Source of the DNA: Takakia lepidozioides
Taxonomy: Eukaryota > Plantae > Bryophyta
Assembly: GCA_030704615.1 (NCBI GenBank)
Contig: CM060731.1
Coordinates: 74,276,001-74,340,000 of the forward strand
Length of the DNA: 64,000 nt
Reading direction: 5' to 3'
Below are positions 26,955-38,400 of this stretch, piece after piece. The notes beneath the pieces were generated by a model. It worked only from the letters and a program-made list of their open reading frames with translations. It was not told where the DNA came from and searched no databases. Position 1 is the stretch's first letter. Each line of letters opens with the position of its first letter. The position numbers and the translations under genes were made by a program.

Positions 26955-28825
26955 AAAATAACCTCTTTCAGCGTAGACATGGGACACTGCCCAAGGGAAG
27001 GGGGAGAAGAGTATACCACATCCGTCAAGTAGCAGGATTTGATCCCAGAAATCATCTAGGTGGCACTCAGAGCAATAACCAACTAATGTTGTTCTTTGTT
27101 GTTCTTCATAATCCATGCCACAGAGATCCTGTTTCTATATTTATCTATTTTCTTTGAGAGCCTTACATCAATTAATTTGACATATATTAATTTTTTTAAA
27201 TAAATTATTGGTATGAAATTACAAATCACATTTTATTGGCTCCTCTTTAGTCTAAAGCGGAGATTAGCATCATTGTCAAGAATTGCTAAGCCCAAGTTGT
27301 GCCTTCCCCAGGTGTCACCTCTTCTTTTTCCACTCAAAACCACTTCCTGATGGCCTTCCCAAGGTAACACCTCCCTTAGGTAAAAAATCTCTAAAGGAAG
27401 ATGTTCGTTATTGAACAACTTATGAGAAATAAATGGATAAAATGTTTATTAGTGATGAAAGTAGATTCCCCTATTTACAAGGCTCGTCTTCTTATAGTCA
27501 AGGCCCGAGGCTTCTCTCGTCGCAATAGCTCTAGTACTTGAGATGGAGTGTGGGTAAGGTTTGTATGATGAAATCTGTTAATAAAGATGTCGTTGGCTTG
27601 CAAACTTATATAAAGTGACAAGTGGATTCAACTCTTTTTGCATTTCTTATCTATTGTCGCGCTTTCTAACATTGTGTGCTTAGAATGTGTGGTTGGAGAG
27701 TGATGCTTAGGTACACGACGGAGGGACCAACCATCAATGTGCTTTCCTCATGTAATTCTTCTCTTTTTGCATGTGATCAATAAATGATTGTTGACTTTTT
27801 CATGGGTTCAAATCGATATAATCTTTTTCGCCAAGGGTATAATCCCCCTCCCTTGGGCGGTGTCCCTTGAGCCTCGTGCTCCGCGCCGAATGGCGAGGAC
27901 GTGGACGTAGTAGATATGCATATAAGTGTAAGGTTCATCGTTAGGGTTCATTGGGTAAAAGATTACACTGTAAGACTAATTTCTCTATCCGGAGGATATT
28001 CTCTTATCCTCTGAGAGATTGGGCGCTAAAGTGGGGAAGTAGCTAGTAAAGCACGCCAAGCTAGATGGGAAGGATCTCTTGCTAGAGGAGCCTCAAAGGT
28101 GGGTCAATCAAATCATATGCAGGGGCATCAAGTGCAAACATCCATCCAAGTACACTCTGATGATCACACAAAACATCCTGCGTTTGGCAGAAGCCAACCG
28201 CTTTTTATATTAACGAATGGGCTAATCTGGAATGGCAAATGGTGGCCTCATATTGGCTGCCAGGATTTCTTTAAGTATCCCAGACACATCAGCAGCCACC
28301 CTGTCATATTATGTTACTGTTGGAATGAGACAAAGATCTTGGCTAACATTAGGCACATTTAATCAGCCACACCAACCGCATTGCTTTTCATCCAGCCTAT
28401 GAACAGAAGAGCATCTGTAGCAGGTAGAATACTCCATCTTACATATGTAAGACTCGCCCACGCCAGGAGGAGCGAGCTCCAGCGAGCTTCGGCAAGTTTA
28501 CCAAAGCAAGGTCCTTCGAGCCCAAAAAAATCAAATTCAAAATCTAGACCAGGCATCCGATAGGAGAGGGATGAAAAAACCTCTGGGGAAAACCTTACAA
28601 GATGGGTAAAGGGCAAAACCCCCAGCAAGAAAAATCCCAAACCATACAATTGATGCAAGCTCAAAAGAGCAGTTCCGTAGCTCTCATCACTCTCACAATC
28701 AGATGTCTATCCTAAATGAATAAAACTAGCTGGTGAAGTAAGCCAAGCCACACAGATTTGATGCAGCTCCACCACTGCACAAAAGCCAAGTGTAAAAGCA
28801 GAAAGCAGAAATTCATGATTTGCAC

Positions 28826-30925
28826 TCATGCAGCACGGCCAAGGATCAGAACAACACGACGGCCTGCTACATTAATACAAGTAGGATCAAAAACCAATTT
28901 GCAATGCACAAAAGATTCAAGGTGGACAGTCTGGGAAAGAGGAGGGACAGAGTGATGTTGAGGGAGCAGCTTGTACTGTCTCCCCCGCAAGACTTCCACA
29001 ATAAGATATGGGCCCTTGATACGCTTGGAAGCCTTGGAAGTGATCTTCCCTTGCTGAAGCCATACACACACAGATTGACCCTGCAGAAACTCTTCAGAAT
29101 AGCACACACGTTGGTTATAATTGCGAGCCTGAATTGCCTGAGCTTTAGCTATGTTGGTTTTGGCAGAGGATAACAACTTTTGCCTCTTAGCACTCATCTC
29201 AACCAAGAATGCATCCCAATCAACAGGGCCAGTACCGACAGGAATCAGCGGAGTGTCATGCAAAGGGCTGCGAGCAAGTCTGCCATATACTAGCTCAAAG
29301 GGAGTATACCCGGTACTTGCGTGAACTGAAGTCCTATAGGCGAAAATCAAAACTGGAAGAGCCACATCCCAATTACCCAACAGAGAACCATATTTCTTCT
29401 TCATCATGGAACACATGGTCTTATTGAATCGCTTTGTCAGACCGTTGCACTGGGGATGATAAGGCGTCGTGGTTCGATGCTTTACCCCAAGATTGAAGCA
29501 TATCACTTGCATTAATTGGTTGCAGAACTCTGTACCCTGATCTGTAAGTATCTCAAGAGGACATGCGTGCTTGAGAATGATTTCATCAAAGAAAAACTGT
29601 GCAACTGCATCTGCATCTTTCGCGGCCAAAGGCAGGACCTCCACCCATTTAGAGAGGTCGTACGTTGCTACGGCTATGTAGGAGTGGCCCTTCTCTATGA
29701 GCTTAAGAGGTCCAACAAGATCTAAGCCCACCCTGTCAAAGAGACCAGTGACAGGTATAGGCTGCATGGGTAATGAAGCGCGAGCCCGAGGAAGCAATGT
29801 CTTGGCATGACATTCAACACATTTAGAAACAAATGAGGCAACGTCCTGATGCATACCCTTCTAGGCATACTGTTCTTGCAAACTCTTGACAGTTTTAGTC
29901 ACACCAAGGTGACCAGCAAAAGGTGAGGCATGATATAATTCAAGCAACTCTAGAATTGAGCTCCTATTAGGAACCTCCACGGTTTTGATAAGGCCATCCA
30001 AGACAATGTTCTTCAACAATTTACCTTCACATTCCACATGACAGGGAAGGTGATAGTTAACTTGCCTTTAAAGTGACTTGGAAATACCTGGGAGTTGTGT
30101 GTCAGCCTTGCACTTGTGGAGAAGGGCTGCGAACAGCGAGTTATCCATTCCTATCATGCACAGAGCCAAGGAAACAGTATGTTAATAGCAGATAATCAGA
30201 AGTGTCCGCCCCTGTGGTCTTCCTAAGGGAAGTAAACATAAGAAACACATGACCATGCGAGAAGAAGAAGGTACAACTGTAAGTTACCAGGCAGTATTGA
30301 TCAAACAAAAGAGGATCAGACCAGACACCCAAGTACCAAAGTAACCAACTTAATGTACATCAAAAGTGATGAGATCTCCTGCAGGTTTAATTGCATAGGG
30401 CAACTCGTCCATCAAACTCAAAAAGGATGCACGTAGATGTAAATCAGGCAGTGAACGATCAGGATTCTGCATGGGAGCCAAATCATCCAAAGTCGTGCAA
30501 GGAACAGGGGTCTTGGTCTCTCCCCTAGTAAGTGCATCAGCGTTGCCATTTTCTTTCCCCTTCTTGTAAACTATATCATATTCAAAGCCCTGTAGAAGCA
30601 AAGACCATCTAGCAAGCCTGCCAGACAATTCACAAGGAGTTTTAAGGGCTTTGAGAGGGAGATGATCTGTCTCCACGGTGTAATAACAACCATGCAGGTA
30701 TTGCCTGAAGTGTTTCACACCAAAAATGACAGCCAACCCCTCCTTGTCAGTAATACTATAATTTTTCTCATGTTCATTAAGCCGCCTGGATGCAACAACA
30801 TGTTCTCTACCATCTCGCACTTGGCTAAGAATTGCAGAAACAACCATGTCACTGGCATCTGTTTGCAATAGAAAGGGGAGGGAGAAGTCTGGAAAAACCA
30901 GCGCTGGAGCAGTAGTGAGGGCTAT
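28826..30925 (-). mobile_element. Truncated Ty3/gypsy pol remnant (RNase H then integrase), a different family from the chromovirus
   Basis: RNase H: LQTDASD...EGLAVIFGVKHFRQYL...TDHLPL...RLARWSLLL...NADALTR. Integrase: H..H..C..C zinc region, GLDLVGPL, ILTDQGTEF, TTPYHPQCNG. RH-INT order is gypsy. Stops present. Confidence 0.9.
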
Positions 30926-31021
30926 CTTCAGCTATTCAAAGGCCTTGGTCTCAGGTATGCCCCAGTGAAATCGAACATCCTTGCATAGAAGCCTGAATAA
31001 TGGACCAGCCATGTTAGCAAA

Positions 31022-31351
31022 ATGAAGGATAAAACGTCTATAATAGGAGGCAAGTCCAAGAAAGGCACGGACACAATGTTTGTCACGAAATTAGTGCCTA
31101 CCAAAGAGCTGGAGGTTACTATAGCTGATGGTACCAAATATGAGCCGTTAGGGCTTGTAACCTTGCCTATTGGAATTGCTGATAAGGTGGTCACAGTGAC
31201 TGATATTGTCACTATGGGAGAGCAATTTTCTAATTGGCTTGGATTGGATGAGGGAAGCCACGGCAGAAATCAACTTACATATGAATGTCATGACCTTGAG
31301 TGGTGGCAATGGTACAAGGCATAAAGTCAACCTGAACTTTGTTCCTATTAT
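31022..31351 (+). mobile_element. Retropepsin (LTR retrotransposon protease) C-terminal fragment
   Basis: VTIADGT..PLG.V.LPI.I and NFLIGLDWMRE..AEIN (LIGxDW signature), frameshifted, cut at 31352 by a CACTA end. Confidence 0.6.
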
Positions 31352-33183
31352 CACTACAGCAAATGGGGGGGGTTTGCGACGCCAGCCGCGCCCCCATGCC
31401 TCGCGCGGCGCCGAGAGTGCGACACCAACCCCACGGAGCGTGTTTGCGACGTCGGGCCGTCGCAACCAACCCCGCGGGAGTGAAATCTGGCGCCGGGGCC
31501 AGGCGGCGACGCCTGGCCGTCGCACGGAGTGATGAAGGGGAAATGGCAGCCCTTCCGTGCGACGCCTAAGCGTCGCCCCCAGCGAAGGGCAGAAGGCAGC
31601 CCTTTCTGGCGACGGCCGGTCGTCGCACGCCGGAAAAAAAAAAAAAAAAAAAAACCATTTCTTGCCATTTCTTTCAACGCAACCCTTTCTTGCGACGCCC
31701 GGTCGCATGGTGGCATGAAGGCCTGACTGCCCTACTCTTTCAAAACAAAAAAAAACATGTCACAGTTTGCGACGGCTGTCCGTCGCCGTTTGCGACCCCT
31801 GGCCTCATAAATCCATTCAAAAAAACAGGTCGCAGTTGGCGACGGATGGCCGTCGCCGTTTGCGACCCCCGGCCTCATAAATCCAAGAAAACGCGTCGTA
31901 GTTTGCGAGCGCGGGGGTCACAGGAGGCGACGGCAGGTCTTTCTAGGTTTAGGTTTAGGGCCTTTGGGGGTTCTTAGTTTTTTTTTTTTTCATATGGTAC
32001 TGGGGTAGGGTGTTTGTTTTTCTTTATGGTTTAGCTTGTTGTTGTGGACCTTCTTGTAGATTGTGACATTCATTTTGATAATTCTCTTGATACCACATCT
32101 GTATGTGTTGCTCCAACATATTCATTGCCTCTGTCTTCTTTCTTGAAAGACTACCAGCCACAGCCATATTTGATGAATTATAGAAATAAAGTACAATATG
32201 CATGTATATGTACAATCAATCGAAGGGATGGATCCAGTTCGGTGCGAGAATTGTAGCTTTGATTTTGTGTCTAATCAACTTGAACATCATCATCCGGAGC
32301 CTCTTCATCCTCATCAAGCCGCAAGTCTTTTTGGTCATCGGAGTCATCGTCATAAATGGCCCGGCCCTCAAAAGGCACCTCCGAATCATCCTCCACCTCG
32401 TTGTCAATGGCCGTGTCTTCGTCTTCTTCTCCAACATCTGTATCTTCTAGAGCTTCATCATATAGGTCCAGGATGCATTGTCCGGGGCGTCATCATCCTC
32501 TTCTACCCTCTCTACCCAACCTCCATCATCACCATCATTATGACCAATCTCTCCGTCCACCGCAATTGCCTCACCCCATGGAGATCCGAAACCATGATAG
32601 ATACGTCTTCCTCTTGGCTGAGCATGCACAACCACCTTCCAAATCCTCCCTCTTGTTTTGTCATCGGAGAAGAAAACTTGCTCCATGTCTGAAGGCCGTG
32701 AAAAAGGCTCATCGAAGGGACGATGAGTAGGGTTGAGCCTATCTGCATTGACGCGCATGAAACCACAATCATCTTGCACTAGTGTTGCGGAGGGCCCCAC
32801 AAGATGTGGCTGGAACCACCTTCCCTTGAAGAGAAGAGGCCGATACCTTGTATACTGAAGTTGGAGTATGCTCTCAAGCTCTCCAATGTACTCAAGTTTG
32901 CTCATAGCAGGTCGTGTATCTCCCTTGCCCCACACGGAGTCTTGCCAATATGTGGCACACAAGCCAGAATCAAAGGTTGTTTTGCGCTTCATGTCAAGAG
33001 CACGAATGCGAAAATGACGACTGTGAACCCAAAACCGTAGTGTATGAGGTCGCGAATTGAGAGGGGCCCCTTGCAATGTCTTGCACCAAATCTGAAACCA
33101 CCTCTCCTTGTGCAACAGCGTCATAAACTGAAGTCCAAAGCCACTGTTGGAATGAACTTAGAGGCTGCAATTCCATGGGCAAA
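31352..33183 (-). mobile_element. CACTA (En/Spm) transposon 3' end with DUF4216-like transposase C-terminus (32447-33124)
   Basis: Terminus CACTACAGCAAAT at 31352, dense gcgacg/cgtcgc subterminal repeats to about 31950, and YIGELESILQLQY...LFKGRWF...DDCGF...DEPF...EQVFF...WKVV. Confidence 0.85.
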
Positions 33184-33720
33184 CACTAGAAGAGAAACCG
33201 GCTTTTTCCACGGCTTTTCCCACACTTTTTGCTGTGGAATCAGCCACAGTCCACACCTACCGTAGGTGTAAGGAACGACTAGTGCTTTCGGACACCCCGC
33301 GGACGGCCTGGCTCTCGGGTGGCCCTGTGGAAAAATCCACGGGTGGCTTTTCCACGGGAGGCTTTTTCCATGGGTGGGCTTTTTTCACGGGGTGCATGGT
33401 GACATGGCCGATGGCATAGCTGACATGGCAAAGTGTGAAAAAGGCCAGTGTGGCATGTTTCACGACGGATTTCACACCTTGAACAAGCCACTATGCGACA
33501 CGTGTCATATTTCACACCTTTGACAAATCACTATGCAACACGTGTTCGTTCCTGTGTGGTGGTACACATTAATTAATTATTATTTGCTTTCTAATATTAA
33601 GTTTGAATATTAATGGATTTAATTTATTGTTATTATTATTATTATAGGAAAAATGGACAGTGGCCTGGATGAGAACATTATTAAATAACAAAATATTGAA
33701 ATTATGTTTTTAGAAATTAT
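33184..33720. mobile_element. Second CACTA terminus nested in the previous transposase
   Basis: CACTAGAAGAGAAA at 33184 followed by ttttccacgg/gtggaaaa subterminal repeats and an AT-rich tract. No partner end found. Confidence 0.75.
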
Positions 33721-33789
33721 ATTTATTCGCTCAGATACCAAAACACACCCTTTGCAGGGAATGAGAGTTTGCCTTAGTATCTATGCTGA

Positions 33790-34719
33790 GTTGCGTCTCC
33801 TACTCTCTGTAATCTAATAGACATTCACCTTTTTCCCTCGATTGTCCCACCCTTGACTGCGGTCAGAAAAGCATTCATTCCACAGCTTCTCCTCATCTTT
33901 GTTACATGTTTCTGGATACTTTCCTATTGTCACTTTGGCAGTATCATGTCAAAATCACTCCAAACTATGTACCATCTACCCATGCAAGTTTCTTATAGCT
34001 AACCCTCCACAGGGAATCATAAGTAATCTGGAGCTTGAAATCTGGCCCTCTTGGATGACACTCTATCCCTGCTCCTTCAGCTATCCATGCCTCTGCACAG
34101 ATCATGCATACATCCTTGCATTGCTGTTAGCAGCTGACAATGGCAGCCTAGATATGTTCCAGCAAACACCCAACTCAACTTATCACACCAGTTCCTATTC
34201 TCAATTGCATCTACCACTCTGTAATCCAAAGGCATTTACCTTCCAAGACGGTTGTCCCAACATTGACTGGGGTCAGAAAAGTATTCATTCCACAGCTTCT
34301 CCTCTCTGTTACCTATTTCTGGATACTTTCCTATTGTCACTTTGGCAGTATCATGTCAAAGTCACTCCAAACTATCAAAGGTTCACTCAACCACCTAACT
34401 TGCAGAATTCTTAAAACATGAAAATTTAGGGCGATTCTGATAAGAGGGGAAAATAGAATGAAATGGGTCGAAGAAGGTGCCTTGATTAGCATTGCCTAAT
34501 TTTATCAATTGTGTCGCTGCTGCTGTCGCTTCCAGTTGACCATCTACCCATGCAGGTTTCTTGGAGCTATTTTTCCACGGGGAATCACCCCTTCCCGCAT
34601 CATTGCTCATAGGTCTCCAAAGCCTCCATCCACGCCCTTGCTGTGCATATCCTGCAATCATCGCACTCCACGACACCACATCTCGTTCAGTCATACTGTC
34701 AAACACTTCATTTGCATCC
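33790..34719 (-). repeat. Scrambled copies of a PPR-associated repeat plus a short PPR fragment (34590-34719)
   Basis: Same sequence family at 44376-44924 (minus), 60520-60885 and 61540-61915 (plus). PPR piece: DANEVFDSMTERDVVSWSAMIAGYAQQG. Confidence 0.75.
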
Positions 34720-36395
34720 AGGGACTTAGCCATTTTCGGGCTAAGTCCCTAGACTGGCTGGCCCTGAACTGGAAATTCGACGCCATTTTCTAGTTCCAGG
34801 CCCTATTGCCGTTCAGGGACTTAGCCATTTTCGGGCCTGAACTGGAAATTCGGCGCCACTCACATCCGCCCCAACCTGGGAAAATGGTGCCGAATATGCA
34901 TTTCAGGGACCTCATTGTGTTTTTCATGAATGCAGGTACTGCAAGTTCTCCCTTTTGGAGAAAGGTCATCTGTCTTTCGAGCCACCATTCTTCCTGGCAT
35001 GGAGGAACCCTGGGGCTGACTCCATGTACACTGACGATATTGTGAAGGAGTGGTATCTGGAACATTTGCGTGATTGCCCTTGGTATGTGGACCTTCCGCC
35101 CGGCTCGCTCGACCCATCCGAGTTTCAATTGAAGCTGGATGCTGAATTCCGACGAAACCAGGCTCCGCTGCCTCCGTTGGGTGCAAAAGAGGCAAAAGCG
35201 CTTGCGAACTCCAGGAAAGCGGCAGAGCTTGCTCAGGCAGGAATTCAGGAGAAATTGCATGAGAAGAGTAAAGGCCAAAGGAAAAGGACAAAGAAACAGG
35301 TGAGTGCAGTAACACCCAAAAAGAAGAAAACCATCGGGGCATCGGAGGAGGCGCAGGAGGGGACCCAAGAGAGTGACTCGGACGATGACTTTGTTCAAGG
35401 TCCTGCGATTGTTGTTGCTCCTACCCAGTCACCGGTCGTCCGGGTTCCCAAGTCAGTTCGGAGTGGGACTGGCTCTGCCAAGAAGTTGGCATTTGAGGGC
35501 GAGCCTACACGGCGGTATTCGGCGGTGACATTTACGCACAGGCCAAAGCTAGAACCTCCAACCATCATCCAATGCGTCAATGAGAGCTTCCTTGACGCTC
35601 TCGCTGCCAGGGCGAAGAAGGTGGCACACAACAAGTCTCTGGCGGAGCAGAAGGGGAAAGCCAAGAAGAGGGCTGGCGGTACAGAACCTAAAGACACCCC
35701 TGGTTTTGAAGCCATGATGAAATTCTTCACGGCTGTGAGCACGAATTGCAAGAGTACTCGGGGGGGGGGTTGAGGTGGAGAGAGCTTGCGACATGATTCT
35801 CCTCGACATTCCAGATGGGGAGCTGCTGGAGGGCCTGGATGGTGTGCCCACCTGGAACAGGTTTACTGAGGACTACTGGAAGCCGGGTTTGGGCTGGCGG
35901 GGATGCTTCTGGATGACGGTGGATGTGTGGTTGTCCTTGCCACGAGAGGGAAGACCACAGAGAATGCGGTGGCAAGGTGGACACCGAAAAGTGTCACCCC
36001 GGTCCTCCTCAGGAAATGGTTCTGCATCAGTACGCAGGGGTTGCGAACAGAGGGCCAAAGTGTAAGTTATCAATCTTTTGCATTCACTTCATATTGTGGT
36101 GTATGTTAAGTAGACCCTGGAGTTGATCCCTTCTTTGTTGGATGTGCAGACATTGATGTTTGAGGCATATTGCTTTGTGAAGAGAGGGTCTACGTTCAAA
36201 TTCCACAACGACGGTCGTCTTGTTGATGCCGCTGTGGACCCTGTAACCTACGATGTCCTCTACAACTATGTGCCCCACTCCAGTATGCCGAAGGACACAA
36301 AGACAGGCAAACCGTGGCGGTACAGCCGGACCCGGAGCCCTGCTTTCATCCAAACCCTCATGGAGTCGTGCTCGGATGTCCAAGGGCGGATTCTG

Positions 36396-37121
36396 TGTCG
36401 CGGCCCTTTGCCTTGAGGGCAGGGGGTCGGGACACATGAGGGGCTGCCCCTGTGGTGGGGGCAGCGGCAGCGATAGGTATGGGGGGCTGAAGCACCCTTG
36501 AGTGCCCAAGGCACTCAGGGAAGCGGAGGTGCTCACTAGGTGGAGCCCCGCACACTGGGTTGCGGTGGGGGTGGCTCCACAAGGGGTGGTGGTAGCTTAG
36601 CGGGACTTAGTGGGGGTGGCATAGGACTCACCATGGGAGCGGAGACCTCGTGGTGGGAGTCGTGGGGAGTCTTGGGACTCATCACGGTCCATAGGGACCG
36701 TGGTGAGCGGGCCAAGACTCACCGTGACTCATCACCGGGAGTCGAGGGTTTTCGTGGTGGTTCGCCATAAAATGGCATGGCTGGTTGTGAAACCCCCGCG
36801 GACACCTATAGAAGTATATATAGGGAGTAGTAACCCCGAGAACGGTGCAAGCCCGTTGGTGACCAAAAACTAGTGAGTAAGCGAGCGAGCCGGAAAGCGA
36901 CCAAAGAGTGGGGAGCTGTTCCGGACTGCCATCTACCAAAGGGAATTCTCCTAGTCCCAAATAGGTGGAGGGTTTAGAGGGAAGCCAAGGGGGACCGTTA
37001 TGTCCCGGTGAGCAGCCGAAGCTCCAAGTTGGCCCGGGCGGCCAGGTTGGGAGTCAGGCGCGCGCATCAAAGCGAGTAACTATGACTTGAAGGGGAGCTT
37101 ACCGAAGTGAGGTGCGCGACA
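36396..37121 (+). repeat. 5' LTR
   Basis: 726 bp, about 10 substitutions versus 42556-43281 by eye, TG..CA ends. Confidence 0.95.
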
Positions 37122-37123
37122 CT

Positions 37124-37135
37124 TGGTATCAGAGC
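37124..37135 (+). promoter_or_regulatory. Primer binding site (initiator tRNA-Met)
   Basis: tggtatcagagc, 2 nt after the 5' LTR. Confidence 0.92.
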
Positions 37136-37349
37136 TTAGAGTTCAGTACGCGATCGTCCTTGGGATTGGCCTCATCATGGGGTCGGGCAAGCCGAAGCGA
37201 AAGCGGAATGGCCCAAAAGATGATGATCCCGGTGAGCCCGATGGGGGCGGCGTGTCACCGAGGCGGCCGTTTGAGGAAGCGATTCATGTTTCCAAAAACG
37301 AGGCCGCCCAAGAGCGGAGGAATCCGAGGAGTCGGAGCCCGAGGAATCC

Positions 37350-38357
37350 TTGAGAGTTCCGACAAACCAAGAGATGCCTCCCATGCCGGCAGCCTTTTGG
37401 GAAGGGTTGTTGGCGCAGTTTGGCGGGACGTTGAAAGACGTGTTGAAGGCGGCTAATGCCACTTCCACTAAGGCAAAGTTTAAGGTGAAGCCTAAGAAAC
37501 CCGGCACCTTCGAGGGCGTCCGGAATCGGAAGGCACTCAACACCTGGCTCCTGGAGCTAGAGCAGTACTTCCGAGCGGCCAAGTTGAGTGACGAGGATCG
37601 GGTGGAAGTGGCTCCCACCTATTTGAGGGGCTATGCTCAACAATGGTGGCAGAAACGCCTTCACGACCGAGGCCCAAGCCCGGAAACCTTGAACTGGAGT
37701 GGGTTCAAGGAATTGATGAAGAGACAGTTTGTGCCCCTCAACGCGTCCTGGCTCGCCCGGGACAAGATGAGGAATTTGAAGCAAACAGATGACATTCGGG
37801 GATATGTCCAAGCTTTCAATGTGCTGTTGCTCAAAGTTGCGGACATGGCAGAACCAGAAATGGTCTTCAACTTTGTGGCGGGACTGGCCCCATGGGCCAG
37901 GCGGAAGTTGAAGAAGAAGCCACCTAAGACTTTGAACGAGGCTATTGAGAGGGCTGAATGTTTCTCAGATGTCCCTAGGGGTGAAAGACAAGGCCGTACG
38001 GAGCTGAACCACAAGAAGATTCGGCGGGAAGGTGACTCCTTCCGACCGGAAAAGAAGTGGGATAGGCCACGCGGCGAAAATGGCACGTGGAAATCGAAGG
38101 GAGGGCCTTCACACGTCAAGGCGGCACCTGGTGCTTCAAAAGGAAAAGCGGGTGGAGCGGCTTATGGCGGACAGAAGGCGACCTTTGATGGAGTGTGTTT
38201 CAATTGCGGGGAGCCCGGGCACATGGCCAAGAAGTGCACGAAGCCCCGGCAATTGAACATGACTCGGAGCGACCACGGAGCTGTCGGAAGATACCATCAG
38301 TCGCTTGGTGGAAGCGGTGGTCGCCAGGACTTGCAAGGTAGGCAAATTTTCTTGTGA
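37350..38357 (+). CDS. gag: Retrotransposon Gag
   Basis: KPGTFEGVRN...WL.ELEQYF...YLRGYAQQWW...LKQT..IRGYV..F and CFNCGEPGHMAKKC. The true start is uncertain. Confidence 0.88.
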   Translation: MRVPTNQEMPPMPAAFWEGLLAQFGGTLKDVLKAANATSTKAKFKVKPKKPGTFEGVRNRKALNTWLLELEQYFRAAKLSDEDRVEVAPTYLRGYAQQWWQKRLHDRGPSPETLNWSGFKELMKRQFVPLNASWLARDKMRNLKQTDDIRGYVQAFNVLLLKVADMAEPEMVFNFVAGLAPWARRKLKKKPPKTLNEAIERAECFSDVPRGERQGRTELNHKKIRREGDSFRPEKKWDRPRGENGTWKSKGGPSHVKAAPGASKGKAGGAAYGGQKATFDGVCFNCGEPGHMAKKCTKPRQLNMTRSDHGAVGRYHQSLGGSGGRQDLQGRQIFL

Positions 38358-38400
38358 GTTATATTAGGAAACTGGCGCCTTACGAAAAGAGAGTCAGTTA

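Noticed and set aside
31148-31977. Overlapping Arg/Pro-rich ORFs as genes
   Set aside because: They are read-throughs of GC-rich CACTA subterminal repeats.
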